Of a DNA stretch of 64,000 bases, positions 44,715 to 54,524 are shown piece after piece (positions within the stretch are counted from its first letter, which is position 1; each line of letters starts with the position of its first letter). Made by a program: the position numbers and the translations under genes. Origin of the DNA: Paracoccaceae bacterium (GTDB lineage Bacteria > Pseudomonadota > Alphaproteobacteria > Rhodobacterales > Rhodobacteraceae); NCBI GenBank assembly GCA_002699695.2, contig PACC02000043.1, forward strand, positions 637 to 64,636, in the 5' to 3' direction. A model generated the notes under the pieces. That model had not been told where the DNA came from. It did no database searches and saw only the letters and a program-made list of their open reading frames with translations.

Positions 44715-45617
44715 ATATCAATCACACATAGTTCTGAAGATGATCTCAGAAATTCTGAAGTCAGGGTTAATATTAATGGAGAACTTTTCCATAGGGAAAA
44801 GGCAAGTATTTCTGTTTTTGACAGCGGGTTTCTTTTGGGAGATGGAATCTGGGAAGGGTTAAGACTTCATAAAGGAAAGTGGCTGTTTTTTGATGACCAT
44901 ATGGAGAGGTTATATGCTGCTCTTAAGGCAGTGGAAATAGAGATTTCTTTAACAAAGGAAGATGTTCATTGTCAGTTAGAGAAGACACGTTTAGCGAATA
45001 ACATGGAAACAGATGCTTATGCTAGATTGATGATAACTAGAGGCAAAAAATCAAAGGCTTTCCAGCATCCTGGCTTCTCTATATTTGGTTCGACATTTGT
45101 TATAATAATGGAACATTCAAGGCCAGTTTTGGATTCTTCAAAGAAGGGAATTAAGTTGGTGACAGTTCCACAGATGCGAGGTCAACCTATGACCCAGGAT
45201 CCAAAACTAAATAGTCATTCGAAATTAAATTGTGTTATAGCTTGCCTACAGTCTTCTAAGGCTGGTGGAGATGAAGCATTGATGTTGGATCCTCAGGGTT
45301 TTGTTAATACAACAAATTCATGCAATTTTTTTATAATCAGGAAAGGAGAAGTTTGGACCTCTACAGGAGATTATTGTATGAACGGCATCACCAGAGAAAA
45401 GGTGATACAGATATGCAGAAATTTGGGTGTTCCAATTTATCAGAGGAACTTTTCTCTGGTAGACACGTATTCTGCGGAAGGAGCTTTTCTCACGGGTACA
45501 TTTGGGGGTCTAATACAAGTTTTTAGTATAGACGGACATCAGATAGGTAATGGTTTAGAAGGAGCGATAGCTGTAAAGCTAAGAAAATTTTATGAGGCGA
45601 TGATTGAGCAAAATTAA
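44715..45617 (+). CDS. class IV PLP aminotransferase (D-amino-acid/BCAT-like); probable ATA start
   Basis: THSSEDDLRN...SVFDSGFLLGDGIWEGLR begins upstream of the track start; KLNSHSK, NGITR, TGTFG; AGGGAG lies 8 nt before ATA 44715. Confidence 0.88.
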   Translation: MSITHSSEDDLRNSEVRVNINGELFHREKASISVFDSGFLLGDGIWEGLRLHKGKWLFFDDHMERLYAALKAVEIEISLTKEDVHCQLEKTRLANNMETDAYARLMITRGKKSKAFQHPGFSIFGSTFVIIMEHSRPVLDSSKKGIKLVTVPQMRGQPMTQDPKLNSHSKLNCVIACLQSSKAGGDEALMLDPQGFVNTTNSCNFFIIRKGEVWTSTGDYCMNGITREKVIQICRNLGVPIYQRNFSLVDTYSAEGAFLTGTFGGLIQVFSIDGHQIGNGLEGAIAVKLRKFYEAMIEQN

Positions 45618-46356
45618 GAGGATTGCAATTTGGTCGGGACCTAGGAATTTATCGACTGCTTTAATGAGAAGTTTTGGAAATCGAGATGACTTCGAAGTTA
45701 TAGATGAGCCCTTTTATGCCGCGTATTTGAAGGAGACGGAGCTTAGACATCCTATGTACTTAGAAATTCTTCACAGTCAACCTTCTGATCCAGATGTGGT
45801 GTGTGAAAACTGTGAGAATAGTTTAGTAAGTAAGCCATATCAATATCAGAAACACATGACACACCATATGCTGAAGAATTTTAATAAGGATTTTATTTTC
45901 TCATTGACAAACGTCTTTTTGATAAGGAGACCAGATTTCGTTTTGAAGTCATTTAGGAAAAAACATAGTGATTATGGATTGGCTGATCTTGGTTTCAGAC
46001 AGCAGTTTGAATTATTTGAGCTGGTTAAAGATAAACTAGGCTTTGCCCCGCCAATTATAGATTCTGAAGACCTTATACAAAACCCAAGGAAAATCCTAAG
46101 AAAATTATGTAAAACCATAGGCATTAAATTCTCGGAATCAATGTTGAGCTGGAAGCCAGGCCCAAAACCTTATGATGGAGTTTGGGGAAGACATTGGTAT
46201 AAAGAAATAAATAAAAGTACTGGGTTTCTGGTAAAAAAAAGTCCAGATTATAAAGATCGAGAATTTTATTCAATGTCAGCTAAAGAAGTAGAAATCATTA
46301 ATTTAGCCAACATTTATTATGACGATCTTTCCAAGATTAAAATCACTGCAGAATAA
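45604..46356 (+). CDS. sulfotransferase-like P-loop protein
   Basis: IAIWSGPRNLSTALMRSF, DEPFY, QKHMTHH, FLIR.P, GVWGRHWY..I.KSTGF; overlaps the upstream gene by 14 nt. Confidence 0.82.
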   Translation: MSKIKRIAIWSGPRNLSTALMRSFGNRDDFEVIDEPFYAAYLKETELRHPMYLEILHSQPSDPDVVCENCENSLVSKPYQYQKHMTHHMLKNFNKDFIFSLTNVFLIRRPDFVLKSFRKKHSDYGLADLGFRQQFELFELVKDKLGFAPPIIDSEDLIQNPRKILRKLCKTIGIKFSESMLSWKPGPKPYDGVWGRHWYKEINKSTGFLVKKSPDYKDREFYSMSAKEVEIINLANIYYDDLSKIKITAE

Positions 46357-46360
46357 TTTG

Positions 46361-48502
46361 TTAACTTTTCTTTTTTCCCTCAGACTTTGGTTCTTTAATT
46401 TCCATGCCTGTTTCTTGGTCTACTGTTTTCATTGATAACCTAACTTTACCACGGTCATCAAAGCCCATCAGCTTAACTTTAACTTCCTGCCCTTCCTTTA
46501 GTAGATCTTTTGGGTGTGCAACCCGTTCTGTAGAGATCTGACTGACATGAACGAGACCATCCTTCTTCCCAAAGAAATTAACAAAAGCCCCAAAGTCCAT
46601 TAACTTTACAATCTTACCAGAATAAATTTCACCTACCTCAGGTTCATCTACAATAGCTTTGATTAGTTCTAACGCCTTTGAAATTTTTTCAGAATCATTA
46701 GATGCGATCTTAATAATTCCTTCGTCATTAATATCAACTTTAGCTCCAGACACTTCGACAATTTCTCTAATAACTTTTCCTCCAGATCCTATTACTTCTC
46801 TTATCTTATCAGTAGCAATTTTTAAAGTTTCTATCTTCGGAGCATAAGTAGAAAATTCACCCGCTTCACTTATATCTTTGGACATTTCTTTAAGAATGTG
46901 GAGTCTTCCTTCTTTGGCTTGATCTAATGCTTTTTCCATAATGTCTGGAGTAATGCCAGCAACTTTTATGTCCATTTGTAGAGAAGTGATACCCTGAGAG
47001 GTACCCGCAACTTTGAAGTCCATATCACCTAAATGATCCTCATCTCCCAAAATGTCAGTTAGGACGGCATATTCTTTACCTTCTAAGATAAGTCCCATGG
47101 CAACACCTGCAACAGCAGATTTTAGAGGTACTCCAGCATCCATCATTGATAGTGAAGAACCACAAACTGTAGCCATAGATGATGATCCGTTTGATTCTGT
47201 TATTTCAGATACAATTCTAATGGTATATGGAAAGTCAATGGCATTAGGTAAAACAGCTTGAAGTGCACGCCAGGCTAATTTGCCATGACCTATTTCTCTT
47301 CTACCTGGCCCCATAGCTCTTCCTGTTTCTCCGACCGAGTAAGATGGAAAATTATAATGTAATAGAAATTTAGATCTACCTTCTCCGTGGAGGGCATCAA
47401 TTATTTGCTCATCTTCCCCTGTTCCAAGAGTAGTAACTACTAGCGCCTGTGTTTCTCCTCTAGTAAAAAGAGCAGAACCATGTGTTCGGGGTAGAAGACT
47501 TGTTTCGGAGTTGATTTGCCTTACTTTGTCCAATTTTCTACCATCTATTCTCTTTCCTTTTTTCAGTATATCAGCCCGGACTATTTCAGATTCTATTTTC
47601 TTAAAGCAATTGTCTAGCTGTTCATCCCCTAATTCGTCCTCCGTAAGATTATCCAACACTTTTTGTTTAGCTTCACCAATAGCAACTTGTCTTTCAAGTT
47701 TATCCGCAACTGAAAAAGCCTTTCGGATATCTTTTTCTCCTAAGGAAGTAAGTTTTTTTAACAAGTCTTTATTATCAGGTGGTGAGAAATTAAATGGAGC
47801 TTTTGCAGTCTGTTCAGCAAGGTCAATTATCAATTCAATAACTTTTTGCATTTGGTCGTGGCCGAACTTGACGGCACCAAGCATTTCTTCCTCACTGAGC
47901 TCATATGCTTCAGACTCCACCATCATTACGGCATCTTGGGTGCCTGCCACTACTAAATCTAATCGTTGGGGCAAATTCTCTCGAAGTCCATCCATATCTT
48001 CAATAGATGGGTTGAGTATGTAGGAATCATCAACAAATCCCACTCGAGCACACCCTATGGGTCCAAGGAAGGGAGCACCAGAACAAGTTAAAGCTGCCGA
48101 TGCAGCTATCATTGCTATTATATCAGGATCATTTTCTCCATCATGGCTTAATACGGTGCATGTAACCTGGACCTCATTCTTAAAACCATCTACAAATAAT
48201 GGCCTAATAGGACGATCAATGAGCCGGCTAGTCAAAGTTTCCTTTTCTGTCGGTCTAGCCTCTCTCTTAAAAAAGCCGCCGGGAATTTTGCCAGCAGCAT
48301 AATATTTCTCTTGATAATTGACAGTTAAAGGAAAGAAACCTTGACCTTCTTTTGCTTCTTTAGCAAATACAACATTTGCCATAACAGTAGTTTCACCATA
48401 AGTTGCAAGTACTGATGCATCTGCTTGTCTAGCTATCTTTCCTGTCTCTAGGGTTAGTTTATCATGGCCCCAGGTAATCGATTTTTTTATTGCCTTTAAC
48501 AT
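46361..48502 (-). CDS. pnp: polyribonucleotide nucleotidyltransferase (PNPase)
   Basis: [49 protein letters not shown] and S1 domains. Confidence 0.98.
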   Translation of the reverse strand: MLKAIKKSITWGHDKLTLETGKIARQADASVLATYGETTVMANVVFAKEAKEGQGFFPLTVNYQEKYYAAGKIPGGFFKREARPTEKETLTSRLIDRPIRPLFVDGFKNEVQVTCTVLSHDGENDPDIIAMIAASAALTCSGAPFLGPIGCARVGFVDDSYILNPSIEDMDGLRENLPQRLDLVVAGTQDAVMMVESEAYELSEEEMLGAVKFGHDQMQKVIELIIDLAEQTAKAPFNFSPPDNKDLLKKLTSLGEKDIRKAFSVADKLERQVAIGEAKQKVLDNLTEDELGDEQLDNCFKKIESEIVRADILKKGKRIDGRKLDKVRQINSETSLLPRTHGSALFTRGETQALVVTTLGTGEDEQIIDALHGEGRSKFLLHYNFPSYSVGETGRAMGPGRREIGHGKLAWRALQAVLPNAIDFPYTIRIVSEITESNGSSSMATVCGSSLSMMDAGVPLKSAVAGVAMGLILEGKEYAVLTDILGDEDHLGDMDFKVAGTSQGITSLQMDIKVAGITPDIMEKALDQAKEGRLHILKEMSKDISEAGEFSTYAPKIETLKIATDKIREVIGSGGKVIREIVEVSGAKVDINDEGIIKIASNDSEKISKALELIKAIVDEPEVGEIYSGKIVKLMDFGAFVNFFGKKDGLVHVSQISTERVAHPKDLLKEGQEVKVKLMGFDDRGKVRLSMKTVDQETGMEIKEPKSEGKKKS

Positions 48503-48640
48503 AGTATTCCTTCTGCACGTTAATGCTTAAAACATCTCTTGGACATTAAAGCGATTTATTCAATTCTTATTAATTAGGATAATTGCCGAATTTTCTAGAT
48601 TCACCACACTAAGGATACAGGCAACCAATAAAACCATAAT

Positions 48641-48910
48641 TTATCTTCTTATACCGAGCTGCTTGATCAAAGTCTTGTAGCGTTCCTCGTTCTTAGATTT
48701 TACGTAATCAAGTATTTTTCTTCTCTGTGATACAAGTTTCAAAAGACCTCGCCTAGAATGGTTGTCTTTCTTATGTGTTTTAAAGTGTTCCGATAAATTT
48801 GTAATTCTAGTGGTTAAAATAGCTACCTGAACTTCTGGTGAACCAGTATCATTTTCAGTTTGTGCAAATTTTTTTATTAAGTCTTGCTTAACTTCAGCAT
48901 TAATCGACAT
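48641..48910 (-). CDS. rpsO: 30S ribosomal protein S15
   Basis: [34 protein letters not shown] fits the second ATG. Confidence 0.98.
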   Translation of the reverse strand: MSINAEVKQDLIKKFAQTENDTGSPEVQVAILTTRITNLSEHFKTHKKDNHSRRGLLKLVSQRRKILDYVKSKNEERYKTLIKQLGIRR

Positions 48911-48913
48911 CAT

Positions 48914-48980
48914 ATTCTCCCGTATCTATTTGTATTGATCTTGCCAGGATGTCGTCCAGTCAAGAGGTCCCTTAGGGAGG
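48914..48980 (-). promoter_or_regulatory. putative S15 autoregulatory leader RNA (alphaproteobacterial type)
   Basis: Hairpin UCUUG-ACUGGACGACAUCCUGG-CAAGA (48965-48939) plus a small UCCC-UAA-GGGA hairpin in the rpsO 5' UTR; GC-rich against an AT-rich background. Confidence 0.65.
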
Positions 48981-49014
48981 ATATATCTTCTTTTTTGTGT
49001 TTTGCAAAGGACTT

Positions 49015-49530
49015 TTAGAACCATATGCATGGATGCACATCAAAGCTAATGTAAAGCAAGTGCTTTGGCTGGTTTTTTTTTGTTAAACCTAAGTGATAAA
49101 TAGGTTTCCCTGATTTTTGCAAAAAGTTTTTCACTTTCAAATTTCTACTTTGTATTATGCCTAAATTACCCCAGGAGCAAATAATGTTATCAGCCCAGGC
49201 TATGCTTTCTAGCAAGATTTTATCATTGTGGAGTCCTATGATATCAGGAGTAATCTTTAAAAGATCAGGGTTTGTCGAGCGAAATGCGAAAAGATTACAT
49301 ACTCTAAACTGTTTGTATCCTAAAAGCATTGCTCGATTTTGACATCTAATTAAGGTGGGGTCAGTTATTTCTTCTGTAGCTTTGGATGGGTTTAGCAATA
49401 TATAAAGTAACTTACTTCCTTGGTAACTCCATGTTCGGGTAATTGAATATCTAAAATTGAAACAATCTGAAAAAATAGCTCTAGATACAAAATCATTGCA
49501 ACTTATTTGTCTTCTTACTAATTTTTCCAC
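49015..49530 (-). CDS. DUF1643 family protein
   Basis: FRYSITRTW, LLNPSKA...DPTL.RC, NLFAFRSTNP, WGNLG; GTG start. Confidence 0.85.
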   Translation of the reverse strand: MEKLVRRQISCNDFVSRAIFSDCFNFRYSITRTWSYQGSKLLYILLNPSKATEEITDPTLIRCQNRAMLLGYKQFRVCNLFAFRSTNPDLLKITPDIIGLHNDKILLESIAWADNIICSWGNLGIIQSRNLKVKNFLQKSGKPIYHLGLTKKNQPKHLLYISFDVHPCIWF

Positions 49531-49551
49531 TTAAAGGTTTCTTTTTGATTT

Positions 49552-50463
49552 CTAGCGTTTCAGGATATTAAACACCCTCGCAGGAAAAAATATTTCATTC
49601 TTGACCTTGCCGAAGGCTAAAGGGATATTTTGGAATCTAATCCATACCAAACCATAGTCTGGTTTTGGGATTTTGTTGATTTCATATGAGCTCCCATTAA
49701 GGATTTTATTTATGTCTTTAGCTTTACAACTAAAATTGGGAAATTCTTTTAGTACGGTCTCCGTTGGTAAGACATTTTGAAGTAATTTAGGATTTTTCAT
49801 TCTTTCAAATTCATCTAACCCAATACTATTTTCTACACTAAAAGGTCCACAAGCTATTCTTCTAATATCATGAGCATGGCCATAACATCCCAATAAATTC
49901 CCAACATCTCTCGCTAAAGATCTGACATATCCACCTTTTCCACAAGTAAACTTCAGGCTCACTTCATCTTTATTTTTCCTTTTCAAGACTAGTATTTTTT
50001 TTATAAAAACTTGCCTTGCCGATAATTCGTATTGCGATCCTTGATGAAAGAGCTTGTAAGCTCTCTCACCATTTATTTTTATTGCTGATAACTTAGGTGG
50101 TACTTGCGATATATGGCCTTCAAAATTCTTTAAGGCTTCCTTGATAACCTGAGTTTCTGGTCTGTCTGAAGATTGATTTATTATTTTTCCAGAAGAGTCG
50201 TCGGTGTCAGTAGCTATACCTAGCCTCATTGTAAATGTATAGGTTTTGAGGAAATCCCCAATGAACCTAACAGTTTTTGTGGCCTCCCCCAGTGCTAATG
50301 CTAAAATACCTGTCGCATCTGGATCCAATGTGCCTCCATGGCCTATTTTTTTTATTCCAGTCTTTTTCTTGATCGAGCTCACAACTTTTGTTGAACCAAT
50401 ACCCTTAGGCTTATCTATTAATAACCAACCATGTAAATCATTTAAAAGATGAATTTTTGTCAT
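49552..50463 (-). CDS. truB: tRNA pseudouridine(55) synthase
   Basis: GWLLIDKP, GHGGTLDP.ATG, QVPP..SAIKING, GGYVRSLARD. Confidence 0.95.
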   Translation of the reverse strand: MTKIHLLNDLHGWLLIDKPKGIGSTKVVSSIKKKTGIKKIGHGGTLDPDATGILALALGEATKTVRFIGDFLKTYTFTMRLGIATDTDDSSGKIINQSSDRPETQVIKEALKNFEGHISQVPPKLSAIKINGERAYKLFHQGSQYELSARQVFIKKILVLKRKNKDEVSLKFTCGKGGYVRSLARDVGNLLGCYGHAHDIRRIACGPFSVENSIGLDEFERMKNPKLLQNVLPTETVLKEFPNFSCKAKDINKILNGSSYEINKIPKPDYGLVWIRFQNIPLAFGKVKNEIFFPARVFNILKR

Positions 50464-50479
50464 GACAAGATTATCTGTT

Positions 50480-50854
50480 TTAACGAGAGTCCATATCTAG
50501 GTTTTTTAGAAGCTCGGAAGTTTTTCGAAATTCCTCAAAACTTTTGTCCTCTATAAATCTTAATTCGGGTACATACTTTAGGTGAACCTTATTACCTAGA
50601 TATTTTCTTATAATGCTTTTCTTTTTATTAAGGGCTTCTTCTATTATTTTTGAGTTTTCCCTTCCGACGGGTATGAAGTAGACCCTAGCAACGCGAATGT
50701 CCTTTGAACAAGCTACTTCTGTCAATGTAAGAGTCAGGCCCTCCAACCCCCACTCTGACCAGTCTAGATGGTACATTATTTCTGAAAGCTCTCTTTTAAT
50801 TAACTCATTGACTCTTAAGAGCCTATGAGATTTATTTCCAAAGCTATTACTCAT
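50480..50854 (-). CDS. rbfA: ribosome-binding factor A
   Basis: R.LRVNELIKRELSE, TEV.CS.DIR.A, LKYVPELRF..D; adjacent to truB. Confidence 0.92.
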   Translation of the reverse strand: MSNSFGNKSHRLLRVNELIKRELSEIMYHLDWSEWGLEGLTLTLTEVACSKDIRVARVYFIPVGRENSKIIEEALNKKKSIIRKYLGNKVHLKYVPELRFIEDKSFEEFRKTSELLKNLDMDSR

Positions 50855-50972
50855 GGTAGCTAGTTCAATTATAATTCATGCTTATTGACTTATGTGATTG
50901 GTGAATACATAACGAAGTCTTGGATGTTTGTCGATAACAACTAATCATGTTCAATTATGGGAAATTCAGCAA

Positions 50973-51785
50973 ATGGCTAAAAAAATAAGAATAACCATAG
51001 TAGGGGCTTCTGGTAGAATGGGGCGAATGTTAGCTAGTGTCGTCGAGGAAGATCAAGACTTAGAAATTTCTGGCTTAATAGAAGTACAAGGACATTTCTT
51101 AATAGGAAAATTAGCAAACAAAGAAATCTCTGGTCTTAAAAGTAATTTAGAGTTTTCTGATGATATTGAAGTTGCTTTGTCGGTATCAGATGCGGTTATA
51201 GATTTTACAAATCCTGAAACATCAGTGAGCATCGCAAAACTCGCCGCCAGGTACCATGTAGTAGACGTAATTGGTACTACTGGTTTTTCTCAACAACAAT
51301 TAAAGCAAATAGAAAAATCTGCCCGTGAAACAACCATAATCAGAGCAGGAAACATGAGCTTAGGTCTAAATATTCTGACGGGTTTAGCTAGGAAGGTTTC
51401 AGAAGCATTAGATTTAGATTTTGACGCAGAAATAATTGAAATGCACCATGGAAAAAAAGTAGATGCTCCTTCAGGAACAGCTTTAATGCTCGGTGAAGCG
51501 GTGGCAGATGGTAGGGGAAAGTGCCTTGATGATCTGAAAGAAAAACCTAGAGATGGAATTGTAGGCCCAAGAAAGAAAGAGAAAATTGGTTTTTCGGTGA
51601 TTAGGGGCGGTGATATAATCGGTAATCATTCAGTAATGTTTGCTGGAATGGGAGAACAGATAATCCTCCAGCATAATGCCACTGATCGACGGATTTTTGC
51701 TCGAGGTGCTGTAAAAGCTGTAAAGTGGGGAATAACGGCAAGCGAGGGCGAATATTCTATGTTAGATGTTCTCAACCTGCATTAA
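50973..51785 (+). CDS. dapB: 4-hydroxy-tetrahydrodipicolinate reductase
   Basis: GASGRMG, IDFT, IGTTG, EMHH..KVDAPSGTA; start at ATG 50973. Confidence 0.96.
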   Translation: MAKKIRITIVGASGRMGRMLASVVEEDQDLEISGLIEVQGHFLIGKLANKEISGLKSNLEFSDDIEVALSVSDAVIDFTNPETSVSIAKLAARYHVVDVIGTTGFSQQQLKQIEKSARETTIIRAGNMSLGLNILTGLARKVSEALDLDFDAEIIEMHHGKKVDAPSGTALMLGEAVADGRGKCLDDLKEKPRDGIVGPRKKEKIGFSVIRGGDIIGNHSVMFAGMGEQIILQHNATDRRIFARGAVKAVKWGITASEGEYSMLDVLNLH

Positions 51786-53023
51786 TGAATTATCTTAATC
51801 GAGTAATGATAGTGCTTAAGAATTTTATTGTTAAAAGATTTTTCATCTGCGTTTTGGGAAGTGTCATTTCATTACAAGGCTTTAATGCGATGGGAGCTCC
51901 ACTTGTAGCCTGTGGCGGCAATTTTAACCAGTTTTTGCAAAGGATAGGTGTTAAAGCAGTAGAACGAGGAGTAGACAAGAATTCCGTTTTATTGGCACTC
52001 AAATACAGTAAACATTCACAAAAAGTTTTAGAAATGGATCGAAAACAGAGAACTTTCAGGTTAAGTTTTTTGGATTTTTCAGAAAGAGCAATTAATACCT
52101 ACCGATTAAAGAATGGTATAAAAAATATTGAGAGATATAAAAAAACTTTCCAGTTAGCTAAATCTAAGTATGGGGTGCCGGCAGAAGTCATCTCAGCATT
52201 TTGGGCCATGGAAACAGATTTTGGGGCAGTTCAGGGAAAATTCAACACTTTAAGTTCTTTAGCCACTTTGGCTCATGATTGTAGGCGACCAGAAATGTTT
52301 CAGGAAGAGTATGTTTCAGCAATAGCATTATTTGCAGATGGTGTTATCGAGAAAGAAATTACGGGAGCTTGGGCCGGTGAAATTGGACAAGTACAAATGT
52401 TACCTTCTGACATCAAGATCTTTGGTCAGGACGGCGATGGTGATGGAATTGTAGACCTTAAAAAGAGTGCTCCAGATGCCATATTAACTGCTGCTGCTCT
52501 TATATCAGATATGGGATGGATTCCGAATCAACCTTGGATAGAAGAAGTCAAAATGGATTCTGGATTTCCCTGGGAGGAAGCAGGATTTGGTCGAGAGCGA
52601 GCTTTGGAAGCATGGAAAAGGTTGGGAATTAAATCAAGGACTGAGTCATTTGAGGCAAATGATCAGGCCATTGCTACTTTACTGATTCCTCAAGGCCGCA
52701 AAGGGCCAAAATTTTTGGCCTACTCCAATTTTAAGGTTTATCTTAGTTGGAATGATAGTTTCATATACACAGTTACGGCGGCTCATTTGGCTACTAGATT
52801 GGGTGGAGCAAAGAAACTTATAAGTAGTGATCCAGAAGATATTTTAACAGTAGGAGAAATGATTGAACTACAAAAGATTCTGAAATCAAAAGGATTTAAT
52901 GTTGGAGAAATTGATGGTATTTTGGGCCGTAATACCAGGCAAAGCGTTCGAAAAATGCAACTGGAATTGGGGTTCCCAGGAGATAGTTGGCCTACTAGAA
53001 ATTTATTGAAAAAATTAAGATGA
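51785..53023 (+). CDS. lytic murein transglycosylase (MltB/SLT_2 family) with a C-terminal peptidoglycan-binding domain
   Basis: WAMETDFG, LATLAHDCRR, GAWAGEIGQVQMLP, DGDGDG, IDGILG. Confidence 0.9.
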   Translation: MNYLNRVMIVLKNFIVKRFFICVLGSVISLQGFNAMGAPLVACGGNFNQFLQRIGVKAVERGVDKNSVLLALKYSKHSQKVLEMDRKQRTFRLSFLDFSERAINTYRLKNGIKNIERYKKTFQLAKSKYGVPAEVISAFWAMETDFGAVQGKFNTLSSLATLAHDCRRPEMFQEEYVSAIALFADGVIEKEITGAWAGEIGQVQMLPSDIKIFGQDGDGDGIVDLKKSAPDAILTAAALISDMGWIPNQPWIEEVKMDSGFPWEEAGFGRERALEAWKRLGIKSRTESFEANDQAIATLLIPQGRKGPKFLAYSNFKVYLSWNDSFIYTVTAAHLATRLGGAKKLISSDPEDILTVGEMIELQKILKSKGFNVGEIDGILGRNTRQSVRKMQLELGFPGDSWPTRNLLKKLR

Positions 53024-53458
53024 AGACGTCAACCCGAAGAAGCGGTTAATAAAAAAGCTATCACCAGGACTTTCTACTAATCTGGCGGCTATTTCAGGTT
53101 TTTCTAACTTGGCTATATGCTCTTTCTCAGTCGGTAATGAGACTTGATATATTCCTCTACACAAGTGAATGTGAGATACTTTATGTGCCCACTTATTATA
53201 TTCAGGCATGTATACATAACGTTGAAAAAAGCCTAACCGTCTTTCTGGTTTTATTTTCCAGCCTGTTTCTTCATATACTTCTCTTATTAGAGCATGTAAG
53301 TAGTGTTCACCTTTGTCTATTCCTCCACCTGGAAGTTGTATTTCATTCCCATGTTGTTGTGTAAGTAACATGCTTTTACCCACTATTATTAATCCATAGA
53401 TACTGGGTCTATAATGATACTTTATATTTCTCCGTATAGGTTCTCCTACCCTCAACAT
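53015..53458 (-). CDS. NUDIX hydrolase
   Basis: Nudix box GGGIDKGE...ALIREVYEETGW; start at Met37 of the track ORF. Confidence 0.88.
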   Translation of the reverse strand: MLRVGEPIRRNIKYHYRPSIYGLIIVGKSMLLTQQHGNEIQLPGGGIDKGEHYLHALIREVYEETGWKIKPERRLGFFQRYVYMPEYNKWAHKVSHIHLCRGIYQVSLPTEKEHIAKLEKPEIAARLVESPGDSFFINRFFGLTSSS

Positions 53459-53547
53459 GAAGTATCTTTCAGCGAATCTATTAAGATTGTCATTTGATGT
53501 ATAAACTAAATAATGTAAAAGACCTTTAAAAGCAGATTGATAGTTAC

Positions 53548-54486
53548 ATGTCAAAAAAGAATTCATATTTATCTAATTTGGTTATGCCTTTTCAGTTTGA
53601 AGGTCTGCCTATAAGGGGTAGAATTTGTAGAGCTAGCCAATCTATAAGGGATATTGTCCAGCAACATGATTATCCTGAAAACATCTCTAAATTTCTCTCA
53701 GAAGCTGTAATACTTACTGTATTAATGGCTGATTCAATCAAACTAAAACATAGGTTGTCCCTTCAAATTCAAGGTAAAGGGGATCTAAAATTAATTGCAA
53801 CTGATTATTATGTTTCACCAAAACTATCAGGGAATTCAAAAATTAGAGGTTATGCAAAGTTCAATTCAACCAAGAGTGATTATACTGGGGAAATAAAACA
53901 TTTGATGGGAGAAGGTTATTTTGCCACGATATTAGATCAAGGAGATGGAAGTCTGCCTTATAAGGGTCTTGCTGAATTGAATGGAGTAAATTTGGTTCAT
54001 TCTGCTGAAGAATTTTTTATAAAATCTGAGCAGTTAAAGACCCGCTTTTGGACATACATTAATCGTGAACTGGATCAGGATGGTAAAATTTGCTTCAATG
54101 GGATTGGTTTAATGCTGCAATACCTACCTGATGAAAAAAAAATGTCTAAAAATGTTCTCAGTGATAATATCTTAGATAAAGAGAACTGGAAGAAGATTGT
54201 ATTGTCATTAGACCAAAATGGTTCTGAATTTATTCATGATCGTAAAAGTGATTTTTCTGAATTGTTACTTAAAACTTTCTTAAATCAAGAGATAAGAGTT
54301 TTTAAAGAAAAGATTTTTGAGTTTGGATGCGGGTGTAGTCCTGATAAGGTCGTACAGACCATGTCAATTTATTCAAGAAAAGACCTTGATGCTATGACGA
54401 ATCCACTAGGCAAGGTGACAGCGGATTGTCAATTTTGTGGAGCACATTATGAATTTAACCCATCTGAGTTGGGTCAAGATAATTAA
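53548..54486 (+). CDS. hslO: Hsp33 redox-regulated chaperone
   Basis: RGRI, SEQL, CGCS...DCQFC zinc centre. Confidence 0.9.
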   Translation: MSKKNSYLSNLVMPFQFEGLPIRGRICRASQSIRDIVQQHDYPENISKFLSEAVILTVLMADSIKLKHRLSLQIQGKGDLKLIATDYYVSPKLSGNSKIRGYAKFNSTKSDYTGEIKHLMGEGYFATILDQGDGSLPYKGLAELNGVNLVHSAEEFFIKSEQLKTRFWTYINRELDQDGKICFNGIGLMLQYLPDEKKMSKNVLSDNILDKENWKKIVLSLDQNGSEFIHDRKSDFSELLLKTFLNQEIRVFKEKIFEFGCGCSPDKVVQTMSIYSRKDLDAMTNPLGKVTADCQFCGAHYEFNPSELGQDN

Positions 54487-54524
54487 CTCGATTTTGTAGA
54501 AAAGCGATCAAGGTAGGATAAATT

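Noticed and set aside
47511..48023. 170-aa and shorter ORFs antisense to pnp
   Set aside because: Codon-mirror artefacts of a conserved gene; Ser/Phe/Ile-rich with no family signature.
53459..53566. Nudix N-terminal extension overlapping hslO head to head
   Set aside because: Start is over-extended; ATG 53458 leaves a normal divergent spacer.
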